From Kiritimatiellia bacterium (lineage in GTDB: Bacteria > Verrucomicrobiota > Kiritimatiellia > RFP12 > JBMNHG01): 64,000 nucleotides of DNA. Shown in pieces: positions 46,001 through 53,040 of this stretch; within the stretch, counting starts at the first letter, position 1; every line of letters starts with the position of its first letter. The notes beneath the pieces are model-generated. The model was not told where the DNA came from and made no database searches. It worked only from the letters and a program-made list of their open reading frames with translations. The translations under genes and the position numbers were made by a program. The stretch is from the NCBI GenBank assembly GCA_050950285.1, contig JBMNHG010000008.1:620001-684000 (forward strand). The letters run 5' to 3'.

Positions 46001-48270
46001 CCGACTGCGACGAGACCGACCAGCCCGACAAGGTCCCCTTCCGCGTGCAGTGCGCCGGCGTGCTGTCGGACGAAATCTTCGCCCTCGAATCCGAACCCCA
46101 CTCCGGCATCTTCATCGGAAAGGTCTTCCCCGTTTTCAACGAGCCCACCCGCCCCGACGAAGTGCGCGTGGAGCCCGAAGAGGACATGACGCTCATCTAC
46201 CTCGACGAGGAGAACACCGACCCCGGCATCCCGTGGGAACGCCGCGCCATCGTGGAGCAGGTCTCCGCCGCCCCGCCCGAAATCCGCCTCTACTCCTCCG
46301 TCTCGCGCGCGCTGGACGACAACGAGCTCGCGCGCGTCGCCGCCGAGGACCGCCGCGAGAACCTCCGCGACGAGGTCGTGCCCGTCACCCGCACCATCAC
46401 GGCCCTCCGCCCGATGCGCGGCTATGCCGACAACGTCTCCACCACCCTCGTGGCCTCCCCCCTCTTCGTGGAGGTCACGTGGCCCGCCAACGCCGCCACC
46501 GCCGAAAGCGAGCTCGTCGCCTACGCGCAAACCTCCTCCGGCCGCGCCATGGCCGGCGTTCCCGCCGACAGCGAGGACTTCGACATCCGCGTCCCTGGAA
46601 CCGTCCGGCTCTACGCCTTCCCCGGCAACGTGCCCGGAGCCCGCCCGCCCGTCGGCTACCGCGAGATCGCCATCCACGGCAACCCCTACGCCGGCGACGC
46701 CCTCGACGAAGGCCGCTACGGCTACGCCCTCCCGCTCCGCCTCGCCGAAGTTCCCGCCAACTCCCCGGCCGTCGACCAGGAGAAGAAGGTGCGCGCCGCC
46801 CTCCGCAGGACGAAGGACTACCTCCACCCCTGGAACCGCTGGGAGATCAACGTCGGCACCGAGGAGCAGTTCCTCGCCGTACGCGGCGACGACACCGTCT
46901 TCGTGGGCATCCCCTACGAGCGCTCCGACGGCTCCAAAGCCTGGGCCACCCGCGAAATCCGCCTCGCGTCCGACCCGTTCCTGCACATCATGGACCGCCG
47001 CTACCAGAACCTCGTCACCGAAACCCACGTGGGCGAAACCCTCTACATGCGCGTCATCAACCAGGTGCTCGACGTCACCGACGAGAAGGACGCCGTGACC
47101 GTCTCCGTCGCCGCCGCGTCCGGCGCCACCCGCGAATACCAACTCATGGAAACCTTCGCCCACTCCGGCGTCTTCAAGGGATCCGCCCTCCTCGCCTTCA
47201 ACGGCGACGCCGAATCGCTCGCGGATCCTTCCGCCATCCCCGTGGCGTACGGCGACACGGTGAGCGTCGCCTACGTGGCCCCCAACACGGGGGAGACGCT
47301 CTCGGGCTCCGTCGCCCTCTTCAAGGGCTCCGACGGCTCCGTCGCACCCTTCACGAAGCAGTTCAAGGACCCCGAAATCGCCATCCAGACGCAGTTCACG
47401 ATGGCCGAAGCCTACTTCGAGATGGCCAAGAAACACCGCGAACTCGGCCGCCGCGACGTGGCGAGGAAGGAGATCGGCCAAGGCCGCAAGCTCCTCGAGG
47501 AGTCCCTGCGCGACTCGCCCAAGTCCGAAGCCCGCGCCCACGCCAACTACCTCCTCGCCGAACTCGCCATGCAGTTCGCGGACGAGACCGAGGATCCGCA
47601 GGAGAAGGGCAGGCACTTCCAGGACGCCGTCGCGCGCTTCACCGACATCGTCGCGACCTACCCGGACAGCCCGTACGCGCCCAAGGCCCAGTTCAAGAAG
47701 GCCCTCGCCTACGAGAAGATGGGGCTGATCGACCAGTCCTGCGAGGAATACGTCAAGCTCTCCTACCGCTATCCGGACGACGAACTCGTCGCGGAGACCA
47801 TCGCCCGCCTCGGCCAGTACTTCCTGAACAAGAACAAGACGATGGTCGAAGAGGCCCGCGCCATCTCGGACCTCGTCCAGCGCGAGACCCAGCTCGCCCA
47901 GGCCCGCCTCGTGGCGAAGACCGCCGCGCAGGTCTTCGGACGGATGCACGAGCGCTTCCCCGACCATGCCCTCGCGTGGAAGACCCTCGTCATCTCCGGA
48001 CAGTGCTACATCCGCGCCGAAGACTACGAGCGCGCCGTGGCGACCTTCGAGACCGTCATCGAAGAAAAGAAGGCCGACAGCGACCTCCGCGCCCAGGCGA
48101 TGTACTGGTGCGGCGACGCGTTCATGAAGGCGGGCGACCTCCTGCGCGCCTACCGCATGTTCAAGAACCTCACCTGGAACTACCCGGAGTCGGTCTGGGC
48201 CAAGTACGCCCGCGGCCGCCTCTCCGAGGAAGCCCTCTCCCGTATCGAAACGCAGGAAGCCGGCCAGTAG
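40033..48270 (+). CDS. Giant (~2745 aa) secreted TPR protein with repeated Ig-like modules
   Basis: Signal peptide MNRTKCIRFSFLAGFFAVVLGAVPVFA; TPR clusters near the N-terminus, middle and C-terminus; repeated ETGPDTGVFEG/ESEPHSGIFIG/ETFAHSGVFKG motifs; strong GC3 bias. Confidence 0.85.
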   Translation: MNRTKCIRFSFLAGFFAVVLGAVPVFAQEAAAEAVAEVPPDPRVELFDGFLKRAQRDPAGMTRDEMLQGMQLGMDLGRPSSVAAVAKFYLNQTPAPAPEIVLATARAADRAGDFRTAASRYKQYLGVAEPNEENSKVAARLFVVLIDLLASNDEAFRFMDEEGGKFRQSAEARKFDGWFVEMARQRRAYLPMARRLAAVMADGLPLAQERYAYWEPIDWLMREAGYSRAEMLDALPFLRQIVERLRDNPARKARYHYIVTHLAFRAAAVGKDADGVMKEFEPVVAAARAYIDARPTHEVFEEILRCWLGGPGQWDPTWYNRTPAQCRSVLAYAFERVSPEERRAMVDAYAPHGWLETTAGWQALAKRFPEAFKGTTGVSRLGLDGSIAGESFYRDFLPALEDAPSFLAAATHAAIAAKDGGDDLWKGVETVRDRYAWFLELRQERDTLWNAWSIYSRFERPEERQAAIQPQWQEVFARFCRERTLRSVALCERDIAREAFQTLWGTPGFPRQDFIGALGSLAWVPYSPDDRAYVLGGAYDHFQQWANGARQREADAKTADAAANEQIAQVRAQHDEAVRQQQANPDDAGAADRVKQLADQLQQLAARRDETAKAAEAALADSALVTPLEDAFRAAREARIDPSKAPDDLCRAFSQCAAAIAAKDQAAYVAAARDLYGRIRDFESSRVPFGHWLIRWLASNRFEAFDTLDFQLEMLADQLDLFRERGTGLGAHLVMQELCRGRGNWNGWCSARWDERPAVSKLCDTLAAANAALFSEGKFDRHFFQWFRHARTFEGGRVEHSWHPEVYEALIEKRLLRDHPEFRADGSSYTVTYQWLVRNECNVLEEKYPVQSWFDDMYAQELRERGMIFEYRFWDYSPDTGHKAADVASELLAAMDGYPYFGDDDICNRCDRNTYWNMLWRIHERSSPEARAARYSAALPKFGTTLFDSYSAGLHLIGGFDPADAGQRKACFDRIAAYTDRIAALPWRETPAYVGGVAAIPHQHAAQLTDEECDILLRVFLNPSYSWNGGWNTEHVDYLLQLALLSKKRWDDLFDVTPQCWRVFREHRHHHYWDAMANVGAAIADAGQAELATMHAGVGLNMIGNDLPEHIRNTMMAVRSKAMSGLGGAIPVERGDRRYPVFAAQADYLFGKLESAWAQYTPYRDLMRSIMKELDPGFVLWIIQRHTDVADYDIAEDIARDMLVWVKNSPQGFDKETRAALDLAYADIAKARQEYPKARAQYEQIALAREYDDTASQRAASLRVAEVDRLTRQYDAALDRLDKLSRRPDSILQAESFFQMALIHYDREEYADARDCLEKTFALMPGHTDARLLEGKLHLRMKKLVEATEVTVGTQGSQETLVPGKSLKVQIEDRTLAVVGQSSAIEVRAWASSGDEEIFNLLPFGDSKTKFEGHVATALGEPNPGDRILQVRGGDTVQYDFSDRFKEANKITESQITAIKVRSDADLFISSGRILSQEEQEQLALEQLVRDRLRVKGLDREGRSLSSVRKADEIKPGNPINVRVVDPDRSVNATPDRITVRVATSSGDRIDAFELVETGPDTGVFEGKIPTRSAPATAFASDTEEGRDPVNVIAAGDHEPWIGQPDNRRPKSFSVDLNKMVELGTLDITSAIAGRRPRRLLVQTSPSGKTFSTVGAWPENLPSTGTSPWFELVRFADRNHLANSLAEVRDYLDAGYAVHNAPKIQGPCALVSTNFDGSLNGAAQDLGLSAEGVNSWVVGRCSASFVLARRQVCVFRIDNLGRQHNIRYWLAIDGEGAEPHHRAEELTRTLGRGVHRVEVYFAAHRSAQPAFVLQSDVETPPEIRPCTADLFSGEANPELASEVFTPAGFEVSGDGDNLRVTFAPGTKARTLRLYFADFEGQAPAINRLVLTDAAGATLLPPDTDVLGLKRNDILEIVPGDDITVTYTDPTPLEKANTVREARMTATFRDAVITACVVDSWVNEHNVRQPVYIPLRRFTAGDAVAVFIEDPDCDETDQPDKVPFRVQCAGVLSDEIFALESEPHSGIFIGKVFPVFNEPTRPDEVRVEPEEDMTLIYLDEENTDPGIPWERRAIVEQVSAAPPEIRLYSSVSRALDDNELARVAAEDRRENLRDEVVPVTRTITALRPMRGYADNVSTTLVASPLFVEVTWPANAATAESELVAYAQTSSGRAMAGVPADSEDFDIRVPGTVRLYAFPGNVPGARPPVGYREIAIHGNPYAGDALDEGRYGYALPLRLAEVPANSPAVDQEKKVRAALRRTKDYLHPWNRWEINVGTEEQFLAVRGDDTVFVGIPYERSDGSKAWATREIRLASDPFLHIMDRRYQNLVTETHVGETLYMRVINQVLDVTDEKDAVTVSVAAASGATREYQLMETFAHSGVFKGSALLAFNGDAESLADPSAIPVAYGDTVSVAYVAPNTGETLSGSVALFKGSDGSVAPFTKQFKDPEIAIQTQFTMAEAYFEMAKKHRELGRRDVARKEIGQGRKLLEESLRDSPKSEARAHANYLLAELAMQFADETEDPQEKGRHFQDAVARFTDIVATYPDSPYAPKAQFKKALAYEKMGLIDQSCEEYVKLSYRYPDDELVAETIARLGQYFLNKNKTMVEEARAISDLVQRETQLAQARLVAKTAAQVFGRMHERFPDHALAWKTLVISGQCYIRAEDYERAVATFETVIEEKKADSDLRAQAMYWCGDAFMKAGDLLRAYRMFKNLTWNYPESVWAKYARGRLSEEALSRIETQEAGQ

Positions 48271-48292
48271 CCCCCCGCCTGCAACCCGGAGG

Positions 48293-48334
48293 CCACCCCC
48301 ATCGGCGCACCCCGCGCCGTCGGGGGTGGTTTTC
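48293..48334 (+). terminator. Probable intrinsic terminator after the giant TPR gene
   Basis: CCACCCCC..CGGCGC-ACCCC-GCGCCG..GGGGGTGG followed by TTTT. Confidence 0.65.
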
Positions 48335-48453
48335 TGGTATCCATGCGGGATGTTTTTCCTGCGGGCGTCACGTTTTCATTTGCCATGGGGGGCGGTCTTC
48401 GTTACACTTCTTCTCATTACGTTGTGGTTTGCCACCAAACCGGAGGTTTCGTT

Positions 48454-49065
48454 ATGCGTTTGTCCTCGTCCTTCCCCGTGTTTTTGGCTGTCGTCGCTTT
48501 GGCCGTCCCCGTCTGCGCACAGCAGAAAGCCGTTGCGGCATCGAAGACGCTTCGCATCGGCAACATGCCGAAGCTTTCCAAGCAGCATCTTCTGGTGAAG
48601 ACGCCCGCGGTGTCCGTCCGGTCGGACATCCGGACATCAAGCACCAAGCCGGGCGAATGGGCCTTTTTCTCCTTCGAATACGAGACCGCGCCCGAGTGGA
48701 TCGACGATTTGGCCGTGACCTACTACGTCATGTCGCAAGGCATCGACCTGGAAGGCAATCCCGAGTACAACCTTTTCCAGGCCACGGTGCACTACGGCGA
48801 CATCGCCAAGGGCAAGCACCAGGCGGCGGTCGTGCTGCCGCCGGTGGCGATCACGCGCTACGGCATGCCGGTCGCCTTCGCCGTGGAGGTCTCCGACGAC
48901 GGCAACGAGCCGGTGGCGAAGTCGTCCGATGGCAAGGCTCCCGACGGATGGTGGACCAACGAGAAGTTCACCGAGCGGATGGTCCCGCGCGATGGATACC
49001 TGGTGGATCGTTCGAAGACCCTGTTCCAGTTCGTCAACCCCGATGACTACGAGGCGGTGAGATAG
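48454..49065 (+). CDS. Secreted protein, probable Amuc_1102-like pilus-operon protein
   Basis: GGAGG RBS, signal peptide, YETAPEWIDDLAVTYYV..VHYGDI..H..WW pattern; stop overlaps the pilM start. Confidence 0.6.
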   Translation: MRLSSSFPVFLAVVALAVPVCAQQKAVAASKTLRIGNMPKLSKQHLLVKTPAVSVRSDIRTSSTKPGEWAFFSFEYETAPEWIDDLAVTYYVMSQGIDLEGNPEYNLFQATVHYGDIAKGKHQAAVVLPPVAITRYGMPVAFAVEVSDDGNEPVAKSSDGKAPDGWWTNEKFTERMVPRDGYLVDRSKTLFQFVNPDDYEAVR

Positions 49066-50798
49066 TGTTTACCTTCAGCCGCATGCTTGCCTTGAGCATA
49101 GGCGCCAGCAAGCTGGCGCTCGCGGAGTTCCAGTTCAAAGAGGGACAGCCGCCCAGACTGGTAAACTACGGCATCGCCCCGCTCGGCGTGAGGCCCGACG
49201 GCGAGTCCGATATTTCGGCCTACGTGATTGCGGGGATCCGGGACTTGATGCAGGAGAATGGCATCAAGCCGGCGCCGCTGATGATGACGCTTTCCGGCCA
49301 GATGGTCTTCCCGCGCTACGTGCGGCTTCCCGCCGTATCGAAGGACAAGCTCCGCCAGATGCTGCAGTACGAGGCCGAGCAGAATGTGCCCTTCCCGATC
49401 AACGAGGTCGTGTGGGACTACCAGTTCGTGGGCGAGGCGGAGGCCGGCGAACAGAATGCGATGATTGTCGCGGTGAAGACCGAGATGGTGGCGATGCTCA
49501 CCGACTGCGTGGAGTCCGCCGGGCTCGATCCGGTGCTGGTGGACGTCGCGCCGCTCGCGCTCTACAACTGCGTGCGCTGCAACTATCCCGACGCCGACGG
49601 CTGCACGATGGTGCTGGACATCGGCGCACGTTCGACGAACCTGGTGTTCATCGAAGAGGGGCGCGTCTTCAGCCGCAGCATCCCGGTGGCCGGAAACGCC
49701 ATCACCAACGAAGTCGCGAAGAGTTTTTCGATCGGCGTCGACGAGGCCGAGGCCCTGAAGAAGAAGCATGCGGTGGTCGCCTTGGGCGGCGTGTATGCGA
49801 TGAGCGACAACGAGGTGGCCGAGAAGGTCTCCAAGATCGTCCGCAACGTGGTCACCCGCCTGTATGCCGAGGTCAACCGTTCGATCAGCTTCTACCGCAG
49901 CCAGCAGAGCGGGTCGCCGCCCGCGCGCGTGCTGCTCACGGGCGGGACCTCGATCATCCCGAACATGGACACCTTCTTCCGCGAGAAGCTGAAGATCGAT
50001 GTCGACTACCTCAATCCCTTCGAGAACATCCCGGTGGGCGGCAGGGTGGATCCCGACCAGGCCGCAGTGGACTTCTACCAGTTGGCCGAGGTGGTAGGGT
50101 TGGCCCTCCGCCGTTCGGGTGGCTGTCCGATGGAGATCAACCTGATTCCGCCGAAACTGGTCCAGAAGCGCGTCTTCCAGTCCCGCCTGCCCTACTTCGG
50201 CGCAGCGGGCCTTGCCGTGGTGGCCTCGCTTGCCCTTTTCGCCGTGCAGGCCAAGTACAACGCCACCCTCTATCGCGACCAGGCCGGCGAGGTGGAGCAG
50301 CGCGCCCAGAAGCTGGGGAAAGAAGACAAGCGCATCCAGGCCGCCCGGGCGGAGTTCGACAAGGCGAACGACCTGGCCGCTTCCTACCAGATGTTGGCGG
50401 AACGGCGCTCCGCCTGGGTGCGGATGCTGGACGGCATTCGCAAGTGCATGGACGATGGCGCGTGGCTCGCGGAGATCCAACCCATCCGCGACGGCGATGC
50501 CCTCAAGGGAATCCTCCTGAAAGGGTACGGCTTCGAGGATCGCCAGAAGGCCGCCGAGAAGGCCGCTTCGGAAACGGCCGGCACCGTAGCCGGCACCGCG
50601 GCCGAACTGTTCTGCGCCCGCTTGAAAGAACGCACGCTCCCCGGCGGCTCGCAGCGGATATTCCTGGATGGGAAGGACGACGTGAAGGTGAACAACCAGC
50701 GCATGCTGGAGAGCGAAGGCCTTCGCGAATTCACCATCGAGGCCACCTTTGATCCCATGACCGCAGCCCTTCTTTCGGGCAAGCAGACCGGCAAGTAG
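49065..50798 (+). CDS. pilM: Type IV pilus assembly PilM-PilN fusion (Amuc_1101-like)
   Basis: Actin-like ATPase motifs LSIGASKL, LDIGARSTN, LLTGGTS; EAEQNVPFPINEVVWDY; internal INLIPP PilN motif followed by a TM segment and coiled coil. Confidence 0.88.
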   Translation: MFTFSRMLALSIGASKLALAEFQFKEGQPPRLVNYGIAPLGVRPDGESDISAYVIAGIRDLMQENGIKPAPLMMTLSGQMVFPRYVRLPAVSKDKLRQMLQYEAEQNVPFPINEVVWDYQFVGEAEAGEQNAMIVAVKTEMVAMLTDCVESAGLDPVLVDVAPLALYNCVRCNYPDADGCTMVLDIGARSTNLVFIEEGRVFSRSIPVAGNAITNEVAKSFSIGVDEAEALKKKHAVVALGGVYAMSDNEVAEKVSKIVRNVVTRLYAEVNRSISFYRSQQSGSPPARVLLTGGTSIIPNMDTFFREKLKIDVDYLNPFENIPVGGRVDPDQAAVDFYQLAEVVGLALRRSGGCPMEINLIPPKLVQKRVFQSRLPYFGAAGLAVVASLALFAVQAKYNATLYRDQAGEVEQRAQKLGKEDKRIQAARAEFDKANDLAASYQMLAERRSAWVRMLDGIRKCMDDGAWLAEIQPIRDGDALKGILLKGYGFEDRQKAAEKAASETAGTVAGTAAELFCARLKERTLPGGSQRIFLDGKDDVKVNNQRMLESEGLREFTIEATFDPMTAALLSGKQTGK

Positions 50799-50801
50799 AC
50801 C

Positions 50802-51911
50802 ATGAACAAGCAGAAAATCATCTTGATCGTCTCCGGAGCGGTCCTCGCGGTGCTGGTCGCCGGAGGGGTCGCCTTCCTCGTGAAGGAGTCGGCCACGGCC
50901 TCCGCGGACAAGAGTTCGCGCGACGGCGCGCTGAAGAAACTCGAACGCTTCTACGACGCGGAGCCCTTCCCTGCGCCGACCAACGTCGTAATCCTCAAAG
51001 GGCTCACCGGGCAGGTGGAAGAGCATTCCGACGCCCTTCTCGCCGCGCTCTCTGCGGGACGCATCCCCCGCTCCGACGAATCCGCCACGCCGGCGGGCTT
51101 CAAACAGCGCCTCGAGTTCGAGGTGCTCGCCCTGCGCGACCAGGCGCCGATCGTGGACGGCACGCGCGTGATCGCGGGAACCTTCAACTTCGGCTTCGAC
51201 CGCTACCTCGGCGTTGCCGGAATGATGCCGGAGGAAGAGAACGTAGGGCGCCTCAGCCAGCAGCTCGCCACCATCAAGGAGTTTGCCCAGATGATCTACG
51301 CCGCCCGCCTGAGCGAATGGAAGTCCGTCGAGCGGGAAGCCTTCGATGTCGGCAGCGAGGAGGCCGCCGAGGAGGAGGAGGCCCCCCGGGGCAGGCGCGG
51401 GCGTCGGAGACAAACCCTTGGAGAGACCGGCGCTTCCGGCCGACCGGGCGTCGGGGCGATGGAGTGCGACCTGGAAGGCTGCGAACTTCTCGAGGCCTAC
51501 ACGTTGCAGGTCGCAGGCCGCCAGCTCGCCCTCTTCGATCTGCTCAACCGGATTGCCGCCAGCCCAACCTGCATGGTGGTTTCGGATGTAAGCCTCGCGC
51601 GTCGCTCGCCCTCCATCCGCAAGTACGTCGCCCCCGATGCCAAGGCGGCCGCGCCCGCCGGCCGCGGCGGCCGTGCGCGGGCGGCGGAGCCCGCCGAAGG
51701 AGCGGCGAAGCCCGAGCCGGACTTCATCCCGCAGTCCGAACGCATCGTTTCCGGACCCGAAGTCGATGCCATCGTAGAGGCGAGGATCGTTGTCGAAGTC
51801 TATCACTTCGCCGAACCGGAACCCGTTGCCGAACCCGCGTCCCGGGCCGTGGGCGCTGAGGAATCCAAACCCGCGGCTGCTACCACAGCCGACGACAGCA
51901 AGGGGGAATAA
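50802..51911 (+). CDS. Amuc_1100-like / PilO-position pilus protein
   Basis: Single N-terminal TM, FNFGFDRY..P motif, position between the PilMN fusion and the Amuc_1099-like gene. Confidence 0.6.
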   Translation: MNKQKIILIVSGAVLAVLVAGGVAFLVKESATASADKSSRDGALKKLERFYDAEPFPAPTNVVILKGLTGQVEEHSDALLAALSAGRIPRSDESATPAGFKQRLEFEVLALRDQAPIVDGTRVIAGTFNFGFDRYLGVAGMMPEEENVGRLSQQLATIKEFAQMIYAARLSEWKSVEREAFDVGSEEAAEEEEAPRGRRGRRRQTLGETGASGRPGVGAMECDLEGCELLEAYTLQVAGRQLALFDLLNRIAASPTCMVVSDVSLARRSPSIRKYVAPDAKAAAPAGRGGRARAAEPAEGAAKPEPDFIPQSERIVSGPEVDAIVEARIVVEVYHFAEPEPVAEPASRAVGAEESKPAAATTADDSKGE

Positions 51912-51914
51912 GCC

Positions 51915-52964
51915 GTGGCCGTCCCATCGAATTTCATCCTGCGCCATTACGACAAGGTCATCCTCGCCGTTGCAGTCCTGCTCCTGGCAGGCGCCATCGC
52001 CAACCTCTTCCTCGCGCGCTCCTCCGCCGCCGAAGAGCGGGTCGCCTTCCGCCACCGGCTCGATGGCATGCGCCCGAAGCACGCGGAGGCCTCTCCCGTC
52101 GACTTCTCCCCGTACGAGATCACGCTGGCCCGCTTGGCCAAACCCTACCAGGCGGGGATCTCCAGCAACAACGCCACCGGATTCCTGTCGCCCGAGGCGC
52201 GCATCTGGTGCGTGGAATGCAAGAAGCCCATCCCTTTCCTCAGTGAAACATGCGTCTTCTGCGGCTTCGAACAACCCAAGCCCCCTGAGGCCGACCCCCT
52301 GTTCGACTCCGACGGCGGCGGAATCCCCGACGCGGCGGAGGAGAAGTACGGCCTCGACAAGTACAACCCCCGGGACGACACGATGGACTCCGACGGCGAC
52401 GGCTTCTCGAACCTCGACGAGTATCTCGCCGGGACCGATCCGATGGACGCCTCGAGCCACCCGGACTTCGCCTCCGCGCTCCGCGTGAGGAGCATCCAGG
52501 GCCACAAGCTCCCCATGCGGCTCCGGGGAAAGATGATGGGCCCCGACGGCGCCTACCGCTGCCAGATCAACGTGCAGGTCGACGGGGAAATCCAGTCGCC
52601 CTGGGTGAAGATCGGAGGCGAGGTCGGGAAAACCGGCTTCAAGCTCGCGGGATTCGAAGCGCTCTCCGAGAAGCGCGCCGACGAGAAGTTCGGCGGAATG
52701 GAACGGGAGATCGACGTCTCCTGCGCCACGCTGGAGCGCGAGGGGCGCAAGGTCGTGCTCGTGATGAACGAGGAAGCCACCTGCACCGACTACGACATCA
52801 CCCTCGTGTTTACCCTCGACGGCACGGAAATCAAGACCTCGAACGAATGCACCTTCAAGCTTCGCGATCGGCTTTATTGTGTTTCAGGCGTTGACATCGA
52901 CCGGCAGTCTGTTGTAATTTTCGACGAAACGGATGGCAACGAAGTTACCATTCCGTCCGAATGA
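51915..52964 (+). CDS. Amuc_1099-like pilus-operon protein with CxxC...CxxC zinc ribbon and DxDGDG repeats
   Basis: HYDKVIL N-terminus plus TM; CVEC...CVFC; DSDGDGFSNLDEYLAGTDP. Confidence 0.62.
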   Translation: MAVPSNFILRHYDKVILAVAVLLLAGAIANLFLARSSAAEERVAFRHRLDGMRPKHAEASPVDFSPYEITLARLAKPYQAGISSNNATGFLSPEARIWCVECKKPIPFLSETCVFCGFEQPKPPEADPLFDSDGGGIPDAAEEKYGLDKYNPRDDTMDSDGDGFSNLDEYLAGTDPMDASSHPDFASALRVRSIQGHKLPMRLRGKMMGPDGAYRCQINVQVDGEIQSPWVKIGGEVGKTGFKLAGFEALSEKRADEKFGGMEREIDVSCATLEREGRKVVLVMNEEATCTDYDITLVFTLDGTEIKTSNECTFKLRDRLYCVSGVDIDRQSVVIFDETDGNEVTIPSE

Positions 52965-53040
52965 TGATTCTCGCCGGACATCCAACAGGCGTTCCCTCGT
53001 TTCAGTCCGTTTTTTGTTCCAAGAGCAAGGAGTCTCCCTC

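Noticed and set aside
40015..49046. Very long alternative-frame ORFs (40015..47967 minus, 40671..49046 plus; similarly 20355..24824, 24659..28381, 35457..39650)
   Set aside because: Shadow ORFs caused by high GC and strong GC3 bias; Arg/Pro/Gly-rich or antisense translations with no motifs, overlapping well-supported genes
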